From contig JBHCAZ010000034.1 in NCBI GenBank assembly GCA_041798765.1, positions 9,116-73,115 of the forward strand: DNA of 64,000 bases. Direction: 5' to 3'. Under the pieces are notes generated by a model, which worked only from the letters and a program-made list of their open reading frames with translations, was not told the origin of the DNA and ran no database searches. Shown one piece after another: positions 41,795 to 52,368 of this stretch (position 1 is its first letter; each line of letters opens with the position of its first letter). This DNA comes from Parabacteroides sp. GTDB taxonomy: Bacteria; Bacteroidota; Bacteroidia; Bacteroidales; Tannerellaceae. A program made the translations under genes and the position numbers.

Positions 41795-42406
41795 TTATTC
41801 ATCTCCTTTTAATACCGGAACGCTTATATGGTATTGAACCGACAGAATACGGGAGGCAAAGATAGAGACGGCTGCAACGATCTGTGCCACGGGTGGCGCT
41901 ATACCTAATTGAATACAAGTGCAATAGGCTATCCCGCCAAAAACGCATGCCAATGCGTAAATGTCTTTACGGAAAATAAGCGGTACTTCATTGATCAGTA
42001 TATCCCGTATCATTCCTCCGAATGAGCCTGTAATGGTTCCCATTACGACGGCTACCCACATCGGATAGCCGAAAGCCAATGTCTTTTCAATTCCGACAAC
42101 CCCAAATAAACCTAACCCGACAGCATCGAAGAAAAAGAAGGTGTTGTTCAGACTGACAACATACTTGCGGAAAATAATAACGAAAAGTAAGGCTAATGCC
42201 GATATGACTAAATAAGAGGCCTGTTCCATCCAAAAAGGCGTGGCGCCTAACAGGATATCACGGATGGTTCCGCCGCCTACGGCTGTAACCACTCCGACAA
42301 CATAGGCGCCGAACCAATCGAATTGTTTGGCAGAGGCTAAGCGGATGCCGCTTATGGCGAAAGCGAACGTTCCTGTATAATCAAAAAATGTATTAAAGTC
42401 TATCAT
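41795..42406 (-). CDS. trimeric intracellular cation channel family (UPF0126)
   Basis: GGGTIRD and GGMIRD repeats. Confidence 0.9.
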   Translation of the reverse strand: MIDFNTFFDYTGTFAFAISGIRLASAKQFDWFGAYVVGVVTAVGGGTIRDILLGATPFWMEQASYLVISALALLFVIIFRKYVVSLNNTFFFFDAVGLGLFGVVGIEKTLAFGYPMWVAVVMGTITGSFGGMIRDILINEVPLIFRKDIYALACVFGGIAYCTCIQLGIAPPVAQIVAAVSIFASRILSVQYHISVPVLKGDE

Positions 42407-42430
42407 TGTTTATAATTGTCTTCCGAAAAA

Positions 42431-44068
42431 TCAGTTCTTGCGTTCCAGTTCATTCAGGTTTTCCATCTTTTTTCGTTGTAAAAACGCATAGATGCCTTCC
42501 AAATGTTCCGTTACTTTCTTGTTCCCGAACTCATATACTTTTGTTACTAATCCATCTAAAAAATCACGGTCGTGTGATACGACGATCAAAGTTCCGTCAA
42601 AGTCGATCAAGGCCTGTTTGAGAATATCTTTTGTCTTTAAATCCAAATGGTTGGTCGGCTCATCCAAAATCAAGAGATTGACCGGCTCTAAAAGCAGCTT
42701 GATCATCGCCAACCGGGTACGTTCTCCGCCGGAGAGGACTTTGACTTTTTTTGCCGAATTTTCGCCTCCAAACATAAAAGCCCCCAACAGATCCTTGATT
42801 TTATTTCGGATATCCCCTTTGGCCACATCGTCAATGGTTTGGAATACGGTCAGGTTTTCGTCTAAAAGAGAGGCCTGGTTTTGGGCGAAATAGCCGATCA
42901 TTACATTGTGCCCGATCGTCAGCGTCCCGGCATGTTCAATCTCCTTCATGATGCATTTGACAAGGGTCGATTTTCCTTCACCGTTTTTACCGACAAAAGC
43001 GATTTTATCTCCCCGTTCGATGGTTAGATTCGCTTTTTCGAATACAAGATGCGATCCATACGTTTTCGCTACATTTTCGATAATAACCGGATAGGAACCG
43101 GAGCGGGGAGATGGTGGGAATTTCAGACGCAGAGCCGACGTATCCTCTTCGTCTACTTCTAAAATTTCTAATTTCTCCAACATTTTTACCCGGCTTTGTA
43201 CCTGAAGCGTTTTGGAGTAAGTACCTTTGAAACGTTCGATGAATTCTTTGGTTTCGGCAATGAATTTCTGTTGTTCGTCGTAGGCCTTTTGCTGTTGTTC
43301 ACGGCGTTCTTTCCGTAATAACAGGTATTGGCTGTAATTCACCTTGTAGTCATAAATACGTCCCATGGTCACCTCGATGGTACGGGTGGTGATATGGTCG
43401 ACGAAAGCACGGTCGTGACTGATTACCACCACGGCCTGTCCGTTTTCTATCAAAAAATCTTCTAACCATTGGATTGATTCAATATCCAAATGGTTGGTCG
43501 GCTCGTCGAGGAGTAACACGTCCGGCTTTTTCAGCAACAATTTAGCCAATTCGATACGCATACGCCATCCGCCGCTGAATTCGCTTGTCGGGCGATTGAA
43601 GTCCTTGCGACTGAATCCCAGTCCGAGCAACGTCTTTTCAATATCGGCATCGTAGTTGATTTCTTCGATCGAGTAGAATTTTTCGCTCAACAGCGAAACG
43701 CGCTCGATCAATTCCATATAACTGTCGGATTCATAATCGGTACGTATTTCCAGCTCTTTGTTGATCTCGGCTATTTCCGCTTCCATCTCATGCAAATGTG
43801 CAAAGGCTTGTGCCGTCTCTTCAAATACCGATCGGCCGTCTTCCGTCATCAAATGTTGCGGAAGGTAAGCGATGACGGTATCTTTCGGAGCAGACACTTT
43901 CCCGCGTGTCGGTTCACGTACTCCAGCCAATATTTTTAGCAGCGTTGACTTTCCGGCTCCATTTTTTCCCATCAGGGCGATCCGATCCTTTTCGTTGATG
44001 ACGAAAGATATATCCGAGAAAAGCGTTGAACCTCCAAATTCAACCGTCAGTCCGTCAATTGAAATCAT
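42431..44068 (-). CDS. ABC-F family ATPase
   Basis: Two ABC domains (GKNGAGKST/FSGG, GKNGEGKST/LSGG), DEPTNHLD twice, no TM; start MISIDG. Confidence 0.95.
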   Translation of the reverse strand: MISIDGLTVEFGGSTLFSDISFVINEKDRIALMGKNGAGKSTLLKILAGVREPTRGKVSAPKDTVIAYLPQHLMTEDGRSVFEETAQAFAHLHEMEAEIAEINKELEIRTDYESDSYMELIERVSLLSEKFYSIEEINYDADIEKTLLGLGFSRKDFNRPTSEFSGGWRMRIELAKLLLKKPDVLLLDEPTNHLDIESIQWLEDFLIENGQAVVVISHDRAFVDHITTRTIEVTMGRIYDYKVNYSQYLLLRKERREQQQKAYDEQQKFIAETKEFIERFKGTYSKTLQVQSRVKMLEKLEILEVDEEDTSALRLKFPPSPRSGSYPVIIENVAKTYGSHLVFEKANLTIERGDKIAFVGKNGEGKSTLVKCIMKEIEHAGTLTIGHNVMIGYFAQNQASLLDENLTVFQTIDDVAKGDIRNKIKDLLGAFMFGGENSAKKVKVLSGGERTRLAMIKLLLEPVNLLILDEPTNHLDLKTKDILKQALIDFDGTLIVVSHDRDFLDGLVTKVYEFGNKKVTEHLEGIYAFLQRKKMENLNELERKN

Positions 44069-44142
44069 AAATAAAGAACAGATAAAATTAAATAGGAGCG
44101 CAAAATTAGCTAAAAAGGCCGAAATAACAATACCCGTCTCTT

Positions 44143-44649
44143 TTATCCATTCGTTTCTTCTGTTGCGGCGGGAGCGGAAAGGTCGGTAGAGCCGAAACAA
44201 AGCGGCAGCAAAGCGGTTGCCCCTTCAACGATCCACACACTGTCTCTGTTGCAAAAGAGTATTTTGATCGGTTTCCGTTGCCGTTCTTCCGTTTCCAACA
44301 AAACCTGTCGGCAAGCTCCGCAAGGCGAAATACGATCGGTCTGTTTCCCTTGATAAACAGCTGCAATTGCAATAGCCAAGACCGTTGTATCCGGGTATTG
44401 GTGTCCGGCATGGAAAAGGGCTACCCGTTCAGCGCACAACCCCGACGGGTAAGCAGCATTTTCCTGATTGCTTCCGGTCACGATTCGATCGTTTTCTAAC
44501 AAGAGTGCTGCTCCGACTTGAAAATGCGAATACGGGGCGTATGCTTGGTCGGTGGCATGGATGGCCGCCTGCACCAGCGGACGATAACCTTCCGGCAGTT
44601 CGGACAGGGCATATTGCAAAACCGGCGTTTCTATTTTCATCTCTTTCAT
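44143..44649 (-). CDS. cdd: cytidine deaminase
   Basis: AYAPYS, CAER, PCGACRQ. Confidence 0.95.
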   Translation of the reverse strand: MKEMKIETPVLQYALSELPEGYRPLVQAAIHATDQAYAPYSHFQVGAALLLENDRIVTGSNQENAAYPSGLCAERVALFHAGHQYPDTTVLAIAIAAVYQGKQTDRISPCGACRQVLLETEERQRKPIKILFCNRDSVWIVEGATALLPLCFGSTDLSAPAATEETNG

Positions 44650-44904
44650 GGTACATCCTTTTAGAATGAGACAAATTTACGAAAAATGTTGATTAATAAA
44701 CATGATCAATAAAAAACAGGTATCTCTTGTTCGTCCTTTACTCAATGTGGTGAGGAGGGAAATGAAGTCCTTTTGCTGCCAAAATTTCAGAGGCTTTAAG
44801 CAATTTAAAAATGCTGAAGATACAATGTGTTGAAATCGATTTTTTAATTGAAAGTTTGTAACGTTTTGTGTTATTTATACATCTAATAATATATAAAAGA
44901 AAAA

Positions 44905-45105
44905 ATGATAAAGAAATTAGAGTATAAAGAGAAACATAAGTACTTTTTTAGTATTTACGCTAATGGATCATCAGCGTTTTTGTTAGGAAAGACGTTAAAG
45001 AAAATAAATCCGCGTATTCGATTTTCAGAGAATGTTGAATTATTTTTAAACTCAGGAATTGTTCGAGATAATTATATTTTTAATGAATTAAAGCAGCGAT
45101 TATGA
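44905..45105 (+). pseudogene. AT-rich short ORF, probable gene fragment
   Basis: 66 aa, low GC, 4-nt overlap with the next ORF. Confidence 0.35.
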
Positions 45106-45497
45106 GAACTTCTACTATTAAATCATTTTTCCTCTTAAGAGCCTTAATATTGGTATTTTTAGGCGGTTGTAAAAAAGACGATATGAGTGGTGAAGAGATT
45201 ACGATTGGTAAAGGAGATATTTTTGCATGTGGTGTCAAAAATCCGAAATGGCTAAAAAAAGAAATATCATTGAGGACCAATAAAGGAGTGTCTTCTCTTG
45301 TTCCGGTAAAGGTGTCGGTGTATAAATCTTCATTCAAAGAGATTATATGTATTCAGGATTTGACGAGTTCCATGATGTCAATGAATTATTGTTTTTTTGA
45401 CTGTAAAGGGAATCAAATTGAATTTAGATCAAAAGAATATAACTATTGTTTTCAGCTCTTCAAAGATGGTGCATTCTCTGTTGTCTGGGAAAATTAA
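45102..45497 (+). CDS. hypothetical lipoprotein
   Basis: Lipobox FLGGC; ACGVKNPKWL and FFDCKG motifs. Confidence 0.7.
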   Translation: MRTSTIKSFFLLRALILVFLGGCKKDDMSGEEITIGKGDIFACGVKNPKWLKKEISLRTNKGVSSLVPVKVSVYKSSFKEIICIQDLTSSMMSMNYCFFDCKGNQIEFRSKEYNYCFQLFKDGAFSVVWEN

Positions 45498-45499
45498 AA

Positions 45500-45624
45500 A
45501 AATATACAATATAAATTTAGGTAATGCTCCAAATGATTATATTGAGGTTTGTCCGAATACGACCTATCAGGTGCGTGTGATTATAGATGGGCAGATTTAT
45601 ACACAAAAGGTATTGAAAGAATAG
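45500..45624 (+). pseudogene. fragment resembling a T9SS C-terminal sorting domain
   Basis: ...TYQVRVIIDGQIYTQKVLKE* matches the YxVxV...TxKxx pattern; no upstream cargo. Confidence 0.4.
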
Positions 45625-45873
45625 AAAAAGAAAGAGTTTAGAGATTATTATTGAATACTTTTGTCTTTATTGATAATCAATGCGTTGTCGGTTTATTTTT
45701 GAGGCTTGGGAAAGACTTTTTTCCGAGGTGGGAATCAAGTGAAAACCTATCCGGAGAAAAAGTGACATTTTGTCAGAAAAAGTGCCGTCATAGGTGTTCT
45801 TTGATCTGTAATGTTTTTTAGGGGTGGAATGGGGAAAATCGCTTATCTTTGTCTGGATAAGTTGGAATAATAT

Positions 45874-47760
45874 ATGGTAAGTTACTTACAAGTCGATAAA
45901 TTGACTAAAAGTTTCGGGAATTTGCTCCTTTTTAAGGATATCAGTTTTGGCATAGCGCAAGGACAAAAGGTTGGGCTGATCGCAAAAAACGGGTCAGGAA
46001 AAACAACTTTGCTGAATATACTGGCTGGAAAAGAGGATTATGACAGTGGGTCGGTTGTTTTTAGAAATGATCTGCGGGTGGGGTATCTGGAGCAGATGCC
46101 GCAATATCCGGAAGGCTTGACTGTGCTTCAGGCTTGTTTCCATTCTCCCAATGAAACGGTGCGCCTGATTGCCGAGTATGAACAGGCAATGGCACGTGGC
46201 GATTCTGCCAATCTGCAGGATCTGCTTGAACGAATGGACTTGCTGAAAGCGTGGGATTATGAGTTGAGAGCCAAACAGATTTTAGGTCAACTAAAAATCC
46301 ATAATTACGATCAGAAGGTGGAAACGTTGTCCGGCGGACAATTGAAGCGTGTCGCTCTTGCCAATGTGTTGATCTCGGAGCCGGAACTGATTATTTTGGA
46401 CGAACCGACCAACCATCTGGATTTGGAAATGACCGAATGGCTGGAGGAATATCTTTCGCGGGCGAACATCAGTATTTTAATGGTAACGCACGACCGTTAT
46501 TTCTTGGATCGGGTATGTGGCGAAATCATGGAGATAGATTGCAGACAGATTTTTCAATATAAAGGAAATTATAGCTACTATCTGGAGAAGAGAGAGGAGC
46601 GGATCAGTGCCCGGAATGCCGATGTGGAAAGGGCTAATAATCTGTTGCGCAAGGAGCTGGATTGGATGCGCCGGCAGCCGCAGGCGCGCGGGACAAAAGC
46701 AAAATACCGGATCGATGCGTTTTATGAACTTGAAAAGCGGGCAAAACAGCGTCGGGAGAACGGCAATGTCAATCTGGATGTTAAGGCTTCCTACATTGGA
46801 TCGAAAATTTTTGAAGCGGAACATGTTGCTAAATCTTTCGGAGATATCAAGATTGTTGAGGATTTCAATTATGTGTTTGCCCGTTATGAAAAAATGGGGA
46901 TCGTAGGGAATAACGGTACCGGAAAATCTACCTTTATAAAAATGCTGATCGGAGAGATGGAGCCGGATAGCGGGCGGTTTGATATTGGCGAAACGGTAAG
47001 GTTCGGTTATTACAGCCAGGAAGGATTGCAATTCGATGAGCAGATGAAGGTGATCGATGTGGTGCAGGAGCTGGCCGAGTATGTCGATTTGGGGGATGGC
47101 CGGAAAATGGGCGTTTCGCAATTTTTGAATTATTTCCTCTTTTCGCCTGAAAAACAGCATAATTATGTATATAAACTGAGCGGAGGAGAGAAACGCCGGT
47201 TGTATTTGTGTACCGTACTGATGCGGAACCCCAACTTTCTGGTATTGGATGAGCCGACCAACGATCTGGACATCGTAACGCTGAATGTGTTGGAAGAATA
47301 TCTGCAATCTTTTAAAGGGTGTGTGATCGTTGTTTCTCATGATCGCTATTTTATGGATAAGGTGGTTGATCATCTGCTGGTATTCAGGGGAAATGCGGAT
47401 ATTCGGGATTTTCCGGGTAATTATACCCAATATCGTGCCTGGAAAGAATATCAGGATCAGTTGGAACGGGAGAAAGAAAATGCCCGTAAAGTGAGTCCGG
47501 CGCCGGAAAAAGATAAAGGGAACCGGCTTGAGAAACCGCAAAAAAGGAAACTGACCTTTAAAGAACGGAAAGAATATGAATTGTTAGAGGCGGATATTAC
47601 ACGTTTGGAAGAGGAGAAAGGAACGCTCGAAAGTGAAATGAGTAGTGGTTTGTTGTCCAATGAAGATCTTTTGGCCAAATCGGGCCGCATCGCAGAGGTA
47701 ATCGATGAGATTGACTTGAAAACCTTGCGATGGCTTGAATTGAGCGAATGGGCGGATTAA
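45874..47760 (+). CDS. ABC-F family ATPase (Uup/YfmR-like)
   Basis: Two ABC domains, WMRRQPQARGTK linker, C-terminal coiled coil ending RWLELSE; TATCTTTG at 45844. Confidence 0.95.
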   Translation: MVSYLQVDKLTKSFGNLLLFKDISFGIAQGQKVGLIAKNGSGKTTLLNILAGKEDYDSGSVVFRNDLRVGYLEQMPQYPEGLTVLQACFHSPNETVRLIAEYEQAMARGDSANLQDLLERMDLLKAWDYELRAKQILGQLKIHNYDQKVETLSGGQLKRVALANVLISEPELIILDEPTNHLDLEMTEWLEEYLSRANISILMVTHDRYFLDRVCGEIMEIDCRQIFQYKGNYSYYLEKREERISARNADVERANNLLRKELDWMRRQPQARGTKAKYRIDAFYELEKRAKQRRENGNVNLDVKASYIGSKIFEAEHVAKSFGDIKIVEDFNYVFARYEKMGIVGNNGTGKSTFIKMLIGEMEPDSGRFDIGETVRFGYYSQEGLQFDEQMKVIDVVQELAEYVDLGDGRKMGVSQFLNYFLFSPEKQHNYVYKLSGGEKRRLYLCTVLMRNPNFLVLDEPTNDLDIVTLNVLEEYLQSFKGCVIVVSHDRYFMDKVVDHLLVFRGNADIRDFPGNYTQYRAWKEYQDQLEREKENARKVSPAPEKDKGNRLEKPQKRKLTFKERKEYELLEADITRLEEEKGTLESEMSSGLLSNEDLLAKSGRIAEVIDEIDLKTLRWLELSEWAD

Positions 47761-48033
47761 TCCTTCTGATAGACGTTGTTTATTATTCTATCAAAATGAT
47801 CTATCAGAAGGGGGATATGTGGATTTGAGTGCATGGACTGACCGTTTGCCTATTAAAAAGATTGCATTAAGGCGCATTAAACATCTTTTTGCTTTTTGTT
47901 AACCTTATTTGTGTATGTCGGACAATAATGTTTTGAAACATATTATTATATTTGCATCGATAAAAGTTTTTAAGGAAAAAGAGTAGGAGCAAAGGGCTCC
48001 TGTGTTTAGGTTTAACGATTAAGTTTAGGTAAA

Positions 48034-48393
48034 ATGAGACGTTTAGGTATGGCTGTTGCAGCCATTTTGGTGTGTGCGACTATGGGGTTTGCACGTGAAA
48101 AAGGTAATAATGTAAAAAAAGAGCCGTTTGTAATTAACTTTGAAAAATTGAGTAGTTATTTGCAGTTGTCATCTGCCCAAGCGGACGAAGTAGCCCGGAT
48201 TAACGACTATTTTATCAGCATGCAGGGTGAGAGCCTTAGAGCCGGAGAAAAGGTACGCGACAAGAAGATGCGTCAGGCTGTATACGGTAATTTGAATCTG
48301 ATTAAAAAGGTACTTACTCCCGAGCAATATCGTAAATATGTAATATTGTTAAATGTGACCAATAATAACAATCGGGCATTAGGGTTCGAGTAA
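48034..48393 (+). CDS. exported hypothetical protein
   Basis: Signal peptide, LTPEQYRKY motif; TATATTTG at 47947 and downstream terminator. Confidence 0.85.
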   Translation: MRRLGMAVAAILVCATMGFAREKGNNVKKEPFVINFEKLSSYLQLSSAQADEVARINDYFISMQGESLRAGEKVRDKKMRQAVYGNLNLIKKVLTPEQYRKYVILLNVTNNNNRALGFE

Positions 48394-48414
48394 TCGGTCC
48401 GTATGTAAGAAAAG

Positions 48415-48460
48415 AAATGCCGGAGCGTTTCAGCCATGAACTGACGTTTCCGGCATTTTT
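48415..48460 (+). terminator. intrinsic terminator
   Basis: AAATGCCGGA...TCCGGCATTTTT. Confidence 0.8.
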
Positions 48461-48502
48461 GCGTTCAGATGTAAAATACCCCTTGGGCAGCTATAGAAAA
48501 GA

Positions 48503-48802
48503 CCTGACAAAATTGTCAGTCGGCCGGTTTTAAAAAACACTCCCTTTGTCACACTTGTGACGTGCCTTTGTCACACTTGTGACAGCCTATTGTCACAACT
48601 GTGACAAACGCTTGTTGCCAGGCAATTGTCGAAAATGCTTTTTATCCTGTATGGAGTGTTTTGCCAATACTTTCTATTTTATATATATTGTATTTATAAT
48701 CAATTTGTTACTTTTTTATGCGGCCTGTTGTGTTAAATAATATCAAAGATACAAGCACCTCCGGATTTTCTTTTCAAAATATCTGTCATTTTGTCAGTCG
48801 GA
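48503..48802. repeat. dispersed intergenic element, copy B (inverted relative to A), with three 22-bp-period palindromes
   Basis: TGTCACAnnTGTGAC at 48547, 48569, 48591; shared ends with 18526-18788. Confidence 0.8.
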
Positions 48803-48939
48803 GGTTGGGCCTCGTACGCCTATGATCTGCTTCGTACAGATTCTTTTTTGCCGATTACGGAAAAAAAACTGTATAAAAAAAGAACATTTCCTTTTTTTTT
48901 TATCTTTGTGCATCTTAATAATTAAAAGAAAGTTCGTTT

Positions 48940-49839
48940 ATGGAACAGTGGGCAGGAAAGCAAGGAAAAGGAGCATTTCAAAAAAAAGCATTCGATTATA
49001 CGCTTATATTAGTCGGAGCTTTTCTTCAGGCGCTGAGTTATGTGCTGTTTTTGGCTCCTTACAAGATTGTTCCGGGAGGAGTGTATGGTATTTCGATTGT
49101 CCTTCACCACGTGACGGCCGGACTTTTACCGATCTTTCCCGATGGTTTGCCGATGGGAACCACCGCCCTGTGCTTCAATATCCCGTTGATGATTTTAGCC
49201 ATGAAGAAAATAGGTTTGGAGTCGGGACCGAAAACCATTGTTACGTTTGTGCTGATATCAGCATTTACAGATGGGCTATCCTACCTTGTCGGTTCCAGGC
49301 CTTTGGTGGAAAACGATAGCTTTATTGCATGTTTTTATGGAGGAGCAATCTTAGGAATGGGGGTTACGTGCGTATTCAGGGCCCAAAGCACGAGTGCGGG
49401 AACGGATGTCCTGGCAAGAGTGATTGCGAATAACTCGAATTTGAAAGTAAGCAATATGATTATATTGTTAGACTCGGCAGTCGTGTTGCTGGGTTTGATT
49501 GTTTTTCAAGACTGGAAAGTTCCGTTGTATTCGTGGTTTACGATTTTTGTATACGGCAAAGTGGTTGATATGTTTCAGGTTGAAAATCCCAACCGGGCCG
49601 TTTTTATTGTATCTCGAAAGACTTCCGAATTAAAGGATTTGATTTTGAATCAATTGGATCTTGGCGGTACATTCCTGCACGGACGGGGTATGTATAAAGG
49701 TGAAGAACAGGAAATCATTTTTACGATTGCCGAACGAAAAGATATGCCGCGTCTGAAAGATAAGGTGAAAGAAATCGATCCGAACGCGTTTGTATCTACG
49801 ATGCATGCCAGTAAAGATACTCCGAGACCCGGTGTATGA
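48940..49839 (+). CDS. YitT family membrane protein
   Basis: PGGVYG, NIPL, GTDVLA, IDPNAFV; TATCTTTG at 48901. Confidence 0.92.
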   Translation: MEQWAGKQGKGAFQKKAFDYTLILVGAFLQALSYVLFLAPYKIVPGGVYGISIVLHHVTAGLLPIFPDGLPMGTTALCFNIPLMILAMKKIGLESGPKTIVTFVLISAFTDGLSYLVGSRPLVENDSFIACFYGGAILGMGVTCVFRAQSTSAGTDVLARVIANNSNLKVSNMIILLDSAVVLLGLIVFQDWKVPLYSWFTIFVYGKVVDMFQVENPNRAVFIVSRKTSELKDLILNQLDLGGTFLHGRGMYKGEEQEIIFTIAERKDMPRLKDKVKEIDPNAFVSTMHASKDTPRPGV

Positions 49840-49897
49840 CGTGTCTTTTTTAATCTTGTTATATTAGAAAAATCCATCTTTTTTAAAAAGTAAAACT

Positions 49898-51097
49898 ATG
49901 CCAGAAGTATCAAAACGAGGAATCAGTATTCCGGCTTCTCCTATCAGGAAGTTGGCGCCGTTAGCAAATGAAGCGAAAACGAAGGGTGTAAAGGTCTATC
50001 ATCTGAATATCGGCCAACCGGATTTACACACGCCGGAGGTTGCCTTGGAGGCCGTGCGTCGCATGGATTATCCGGTGCTGGCCTATTCGCCCAGTGAAGG
50101 ATTCCGTAGTTTTCGCGAGAAATTGGTGAAATATTATGAGACATTCAATATCCATTTCTCGGCGGATGATATTACGATAACTACCGGAGGGTCGGAGGCC
50201 GTTTTTTGTGCTTTTATGGCTTGTTTGGATCCGGGAGATGAAATAATCATACCGGAGCCTGCCTATGCCAATTACAGGGCTTTCGCTATTTCGAGCGGAA
50301 TTGAAGTCAAAACCATCCTCTCGACCATTGATACTGGTTTTGCGTTGCCTGCCGTAGAAAAAATAGAAGAGTTGATCACTCCTCGTACAAAAGCTATTCT
50401 TATTTGTAATCCGAATAACCCTACCGGCTATCTGTATACGCAGAAAGAGATGGAACAGATACGAGATATCGTGAAAAAATACGATCTCTTCCTTTTCTCC
50501 GATGAGGTCTATCGTGAATATTGTTACACCGAAGCACCTTATATTTCTGCTGCCCATCTGCAAGGTATCGAAAATAATGTGGTGCTGATCGACTCCGTGT
50601 CGAAACGTTACAGCGAATGCGGTATCCGTATAGGAGCTTTGATTACCAAAAATCGGCAAGTCAAGGAAAATGTGATGAAATGGTGCCAGGCCCGTCTGAG
50701 TCCTCCTTTGCTCGGACAGATCGTTGCCGAGGCATCGTTGGATACGCCGGCAAGCTATATGCAGGAGATGTACAACGAGTATGTGGAACGGCGTGACTTT
50801 TTGATTGCCGGCTTGAACCGTATACCCGGTTGTTTTTCGCCGACTCCGATGGGAGCGTTTTATACGGTTGCCAAGTTGCCGGTAGATGATGCAGATAAAT
50901 TTTGTGCCTGGTGTTTGACTGACTTTGCGTATGAGGGGCAGACGGTCATGATGGCGCCTGCTTCCGGTTTTTACATAACTCCCGGATTGGGCAAAAACGA
51001 AGTGCGCATCGCCTATGTGCTGAAAAAAGAAGATCTGGCAAAGGCGCTGGTCGTACTCCAGAAAGCGCTCGAAGCCTATCCGGGACGAACCCTTTAA
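49898..51097 (+). CDS. PLP-dependent aminotransferase class I/II
   Basis: NIGQPD, NPNNPTG, SDEVY, DSVSKRY, GIRIG. Confidence 0.95.
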   Translation: MPEVSKRGISIPASPIRKLAPLANEAKTKGVKVYHLNIGQPDLHTPEVALEAVRRMDYPVLAYSPSEGFRSFREKLVKYYETFNIHFSADDITITTGGSEAVFCAFMACLDPGDEIIIPEPAYANYRAFAISSGIEVKTILSTIDTGFALPAVEKIEELITPRTKAILICNPNNPTGYLYTQKEMEQIRDIVKKYDLFLFSDEVYREYCYTEAPYISAAHLQGIENNVVLIDSVSKRYSECGIRIGALITKNRQVKENVMKWCQARLSPPLLGQIVAEASLDTPASYMQEMYNEYVERRDFLIAGLNRIPGCFSPTPMGAFYTVAKLPVDDADKFCAWCLTDFAYEGQTVMMAPASGFYITPGLGKNEVRIAYVLKKEDLAKALVVLQKALEAYPGRTL

Positions 51098-51115
51098 CAA
51101 CAATTTTGTAGTCTT

Positions 51116-52360
51116 TTGAACGTAGAACTGTATATAGCAAGGAAAATCCATTTCAGCAAGGAGCAGGAACGGATCGTTACTCCACCTATTGTCCGTATCG
51201 CAATCATAGGGGTCGCTTTGGGACTGGCTGTGATGGTTTTGTCGGTGGCCATTGTAATTGGTTTTAAGAAAGAAATCCGAAATAAAGTGATCGGCTTCGG
51301 ATCGCATATTCAGATTACCAATTTTGATATGAATACCTCTTATGAGTCAGTCCCGATTGCAGTCGGTGATTCGTTGAATAATTTGGTAAAAGATTTTCCA
51401 GGGATTCGTCATGTACAACCGTTTGCTACGAAGATGGGAATCCTGAAAACAGATACGGATTTTCAAGGTATTGTCTTGAAAGGGGTGGATGCGACTTACG
51501 ACTGGAATTTCTTCCGCGCAAACCTGAAAGATGGGGATGTGCTTTCCTTTCAACCAGATAAGGTGTCGGCCGATGTGCTGATATCTCGTTATATGTCTGA
51601 TTTGTTGGGACTGAAAAAGGGCGATTCGTTTCTTACCTACTTTGTGGGAGAGGATGTTCGTGCCCGAAAATTTCATATTGCCGGAATTTATGAAACCGGC
51701 TTTATGGATTATGACAAACTGTTCGTTATTGCGGATATCCGGCAAATCCGTCGTCTGAACAGTTGGGATGATGACCAGGTGAGTGGTTTGGAGTTGCTTG
51801 TAGACGACTATGAGCGGTTGGAGCAAACGGCAGAAGATCTTTATTTTGCTCTTTCCCAAAAAACGGATCGTTTGGGCAATACGTATTATGCCCGATCGAT
51901 ACGGGAACTCAATCCCATGATTTTCGACTGGTTGGATATGCAGGATATCAACGTAGTGGTTATTTTAGTCTTGATTCTGGCTGTTGCCGGATTTACGATG
52001 ATCTCCGGACTGCTGATTATTATTTTAGAACGGATCAATATGATCGGTATCCTCAAAGCTTTGGGACAGTCGAACGGAAGCCTTCGCCGGGTTTTCCTGT
52101 ATCTTGCTTTTTTCCTGATCGGGAAAGGGATGCTTTGGGGGAATGCGGTGGGCATTCTGCTATGTCTGATCCAATCTTATTTTCAAGTGGTTAAATTGGA
52201 TCCGTCCATCTATTATTTGGATGCGGTTCCGATTGACCTGACGATTTCTTCGCTGATCCTGTTGAATATTGGGACGCTGATCGTTTCTATGCTGATGATG
52301 CTGGCACCTTCTTATCTGATTAGCCGAATTGAGCCGGTGCGGAGCATCCGCTTCGAATAA
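51116..52360 (+). CDS. LolC/LolE-type ABC permease
   Basis: ERINMIGILKALG, YYLDAVP, PVRSIRFE; TTG start. Confidence 0.88.
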   Translation: MNVELYIARKIHFSKEQERIVTPPIVRIAIIGVALGLAVMVLSVAIVIGFKKEIRNKVIGFGSHIQITNFDMNTSYESVPIAVGDSLNNLVKDFPGIRHVQPFATKMGILKTDTDFQGIVLKGVDATYDWNFFRANLKDGDVLSFQPDKVSADVLISRYMSDLLGLKKGDSFLTYFVGEDVRARKFHIAGIYETGFMDYDKLFVIADIRQIRRLNSWDDDQVSGLELLVDDYERLEQTAEDLYFALSQKTDRLGNTYYARSIRELNPMIFDWLDMQDINVVVILVLILAVAGFTMISGLLIIILERINMIGILKALGQSNGSLRRVFLYLAFFLIGKGMLWGNAVGILLCLIQSYFQVVKLDPSIYYLDAVPIDLTISSLILLNIGTLIVSMLMMLAPSYLISRIEPVRSIRFE

Positions 52361-52368
52361 AGAGACTT

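Noticed and set aside
48547-48606. Possible CRISPR array
   Set aside because: Period of 22 bp, no unique spacers, no cas genes
50024-51307. 427-aa antisense ORF (similarly 46477-47541 and 16663-17469)
   Set aside because: Shadow frames of well-supported genes with no motifs
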